From Octopus bimaculoides (taxonomy: Eukaryota): a stretch of 64,000 nucleotides of DNA. Both the position numbers and the translations under genes were made by a program. The stretch covers positions 199,017,087 through 199,081,086 of the forward strand of contig NC_068981.1 in the NCBI RefSeq assembly GCF_001194135.2. Direction: 5' to 3'. How positions within the stretch are numbered: the first letter of the stretch is position 1; each line of letters begins with the position of its first letter. Below the pieces are notes generated by a model. The model did no database searches, was not told the origin of the DNA, and worked only from the letters and a program-made list of their open reading frames with translations. Positions 63,001-64,000 of the stretch are shown here, in pieces.

Positions 63001-63715
63001 CAAAATGATGCTATCACTCACATATTAACTGCCTGGATTTTATTCCATCCAGTCAATTATTATTATTATTTTTATTATTATTATTATCATTATTGCTGTG
63101 ATCTAGCGGAATTGTAAGGATGTCAAATAAAATGCTTAGTGGCATTTTTTCCTTTCTATGTTTTGAGTTGAAATTCCACTATAATAAGTACCAGTCATAT
63201 ACTTTGTCAGTGTAACTGATTGTTCTTCCCCCTAAAAAAAACGCTGGCCCTATGCGAAACCCTTTCACACAATTAAATTCCACTCCTTTTGTGTTGTGTT
63301 GTCCTATGCCATCCCCAATCTTTTATATAAACTTTTGGTGGCGAATAAAGAAAAAAATCATCATCATTATTCATTATTCGTAAAATGATGTTATTGATTC
63401 AGTTTTGCTTTATTTACCAAAATATACCACAGATAACTAGAAATTCTTTTGTTTTTTCCCCCATTTAATTTCTGAAGTAAACCATTAAGTGGTGCTGCCC
63501 ACATCGATTAAACTATTAACTTCTTCTTTGGTGGTTTTATTTCCTCGAAACATTCACTAATTTCATTGTCCCAATTCTTATTGCACATTGTTAATAAACA
63601 CTTAAAATAATAAAGACAAAAGATAAAAGTTGTCTGATCATCACTTTTATTATTTTAAGTTAGCTCAGAAATTGAGGAAAGAAATATAGTTTCCCTGTTA
63701 GAAGCATTGAGATAA

Positions 63716-63812
63716 TGCAGGCATGGCTGTGTGGTAAAAAGCTTGCTTCCCAACCATATGGTTCCAGGTTCAGTACCAATGCATGGTGGAAACTGAAAGA
63801 AGCCTGCCATAT
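63716..63812 (+). mobile_element. tRNA-SINE family B head (internally deleted), followed by (TA)n
   Basis: GCAGGCATGGCTGTGTGGTAAAAAGCTTGC...GGTTCAGTACC. Confidence 0.8.
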
Positions 63813-63837
63813 ATGTATATATATATATATATATATA

Positions 63838-64000
63838 TAGCGTGGCCGTTGCCAGTACTGCCTGTCTGGCCTCCGTGTGGGTGACACGTAAAAGCACCCA
63901 CTACACTCTCTGAGTGGTTGGCATTAGGAAGGGCATCCAGCTGTAGAAACTCTGCCAGATCAGATTGGAGCCTGGTGTAGCCATCTGGTTTCACCAGTCC
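63838..64000 (+). mobile_element. RTE 3' UTR fragment (cut by window end)
   Basis: GGGTGACACGTAAAAGCACCCACTACACTCTCTGAGTGGTTGGC..., highly similar to 1-150. Confidence 0.85.

Noticed and set aside
62535-63008. 157-aa plus-strand ORF (and similar ones at 59823-60259 and 42116-42409)
   Set aside because: Antisense shadows of the minus-strand R4-like ORFs.

Overview
Eukaryotic, AT-rich, repeat-dense draft-assembly window with several N-gaps. The repeat families (RTE LINE 3' ends with (GAT)n tails, several tRNA-derived SINE families, R4/Dong-like RLE LINEs, long (TA)n/(CA)n tracts) look like those of Octopus/coleoid cephalopods; this assignment is from recall and was not checked by search. There is no complete protein-coding gene, rRNA, true tRNA gene or CRISPR array. 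Nearly all ORF-track entries are artefacts of gaps, micro/minisatellites or decayed TEs. The window reads as intronic/intergenic, with a few isolated candidate exons (+35934-36003; -37498-37335; weaker -38997-38935) and several fossil ORFs. The most interesting signals are: (1) a TSD-flanked tRNA-head SINE at 57770-58015 carrying a Penelope-type minimal hammerhead ribozyme core, plus a CpG-decayed hammerhead at about 15.55 kb; (2) a Tc1/mariner-type non-autonomous element with 30-bp TIRs inserted into an RTE reverse-transcriptase region, with a reconstructable empty site; (3) a 207-bp 100% identical inverted pair of young RTE 3' ends; (4) a ~95-nt near-perfect hairpin. Coordinates of decayed elements are approximate, and family calls rest on remembered motifs.
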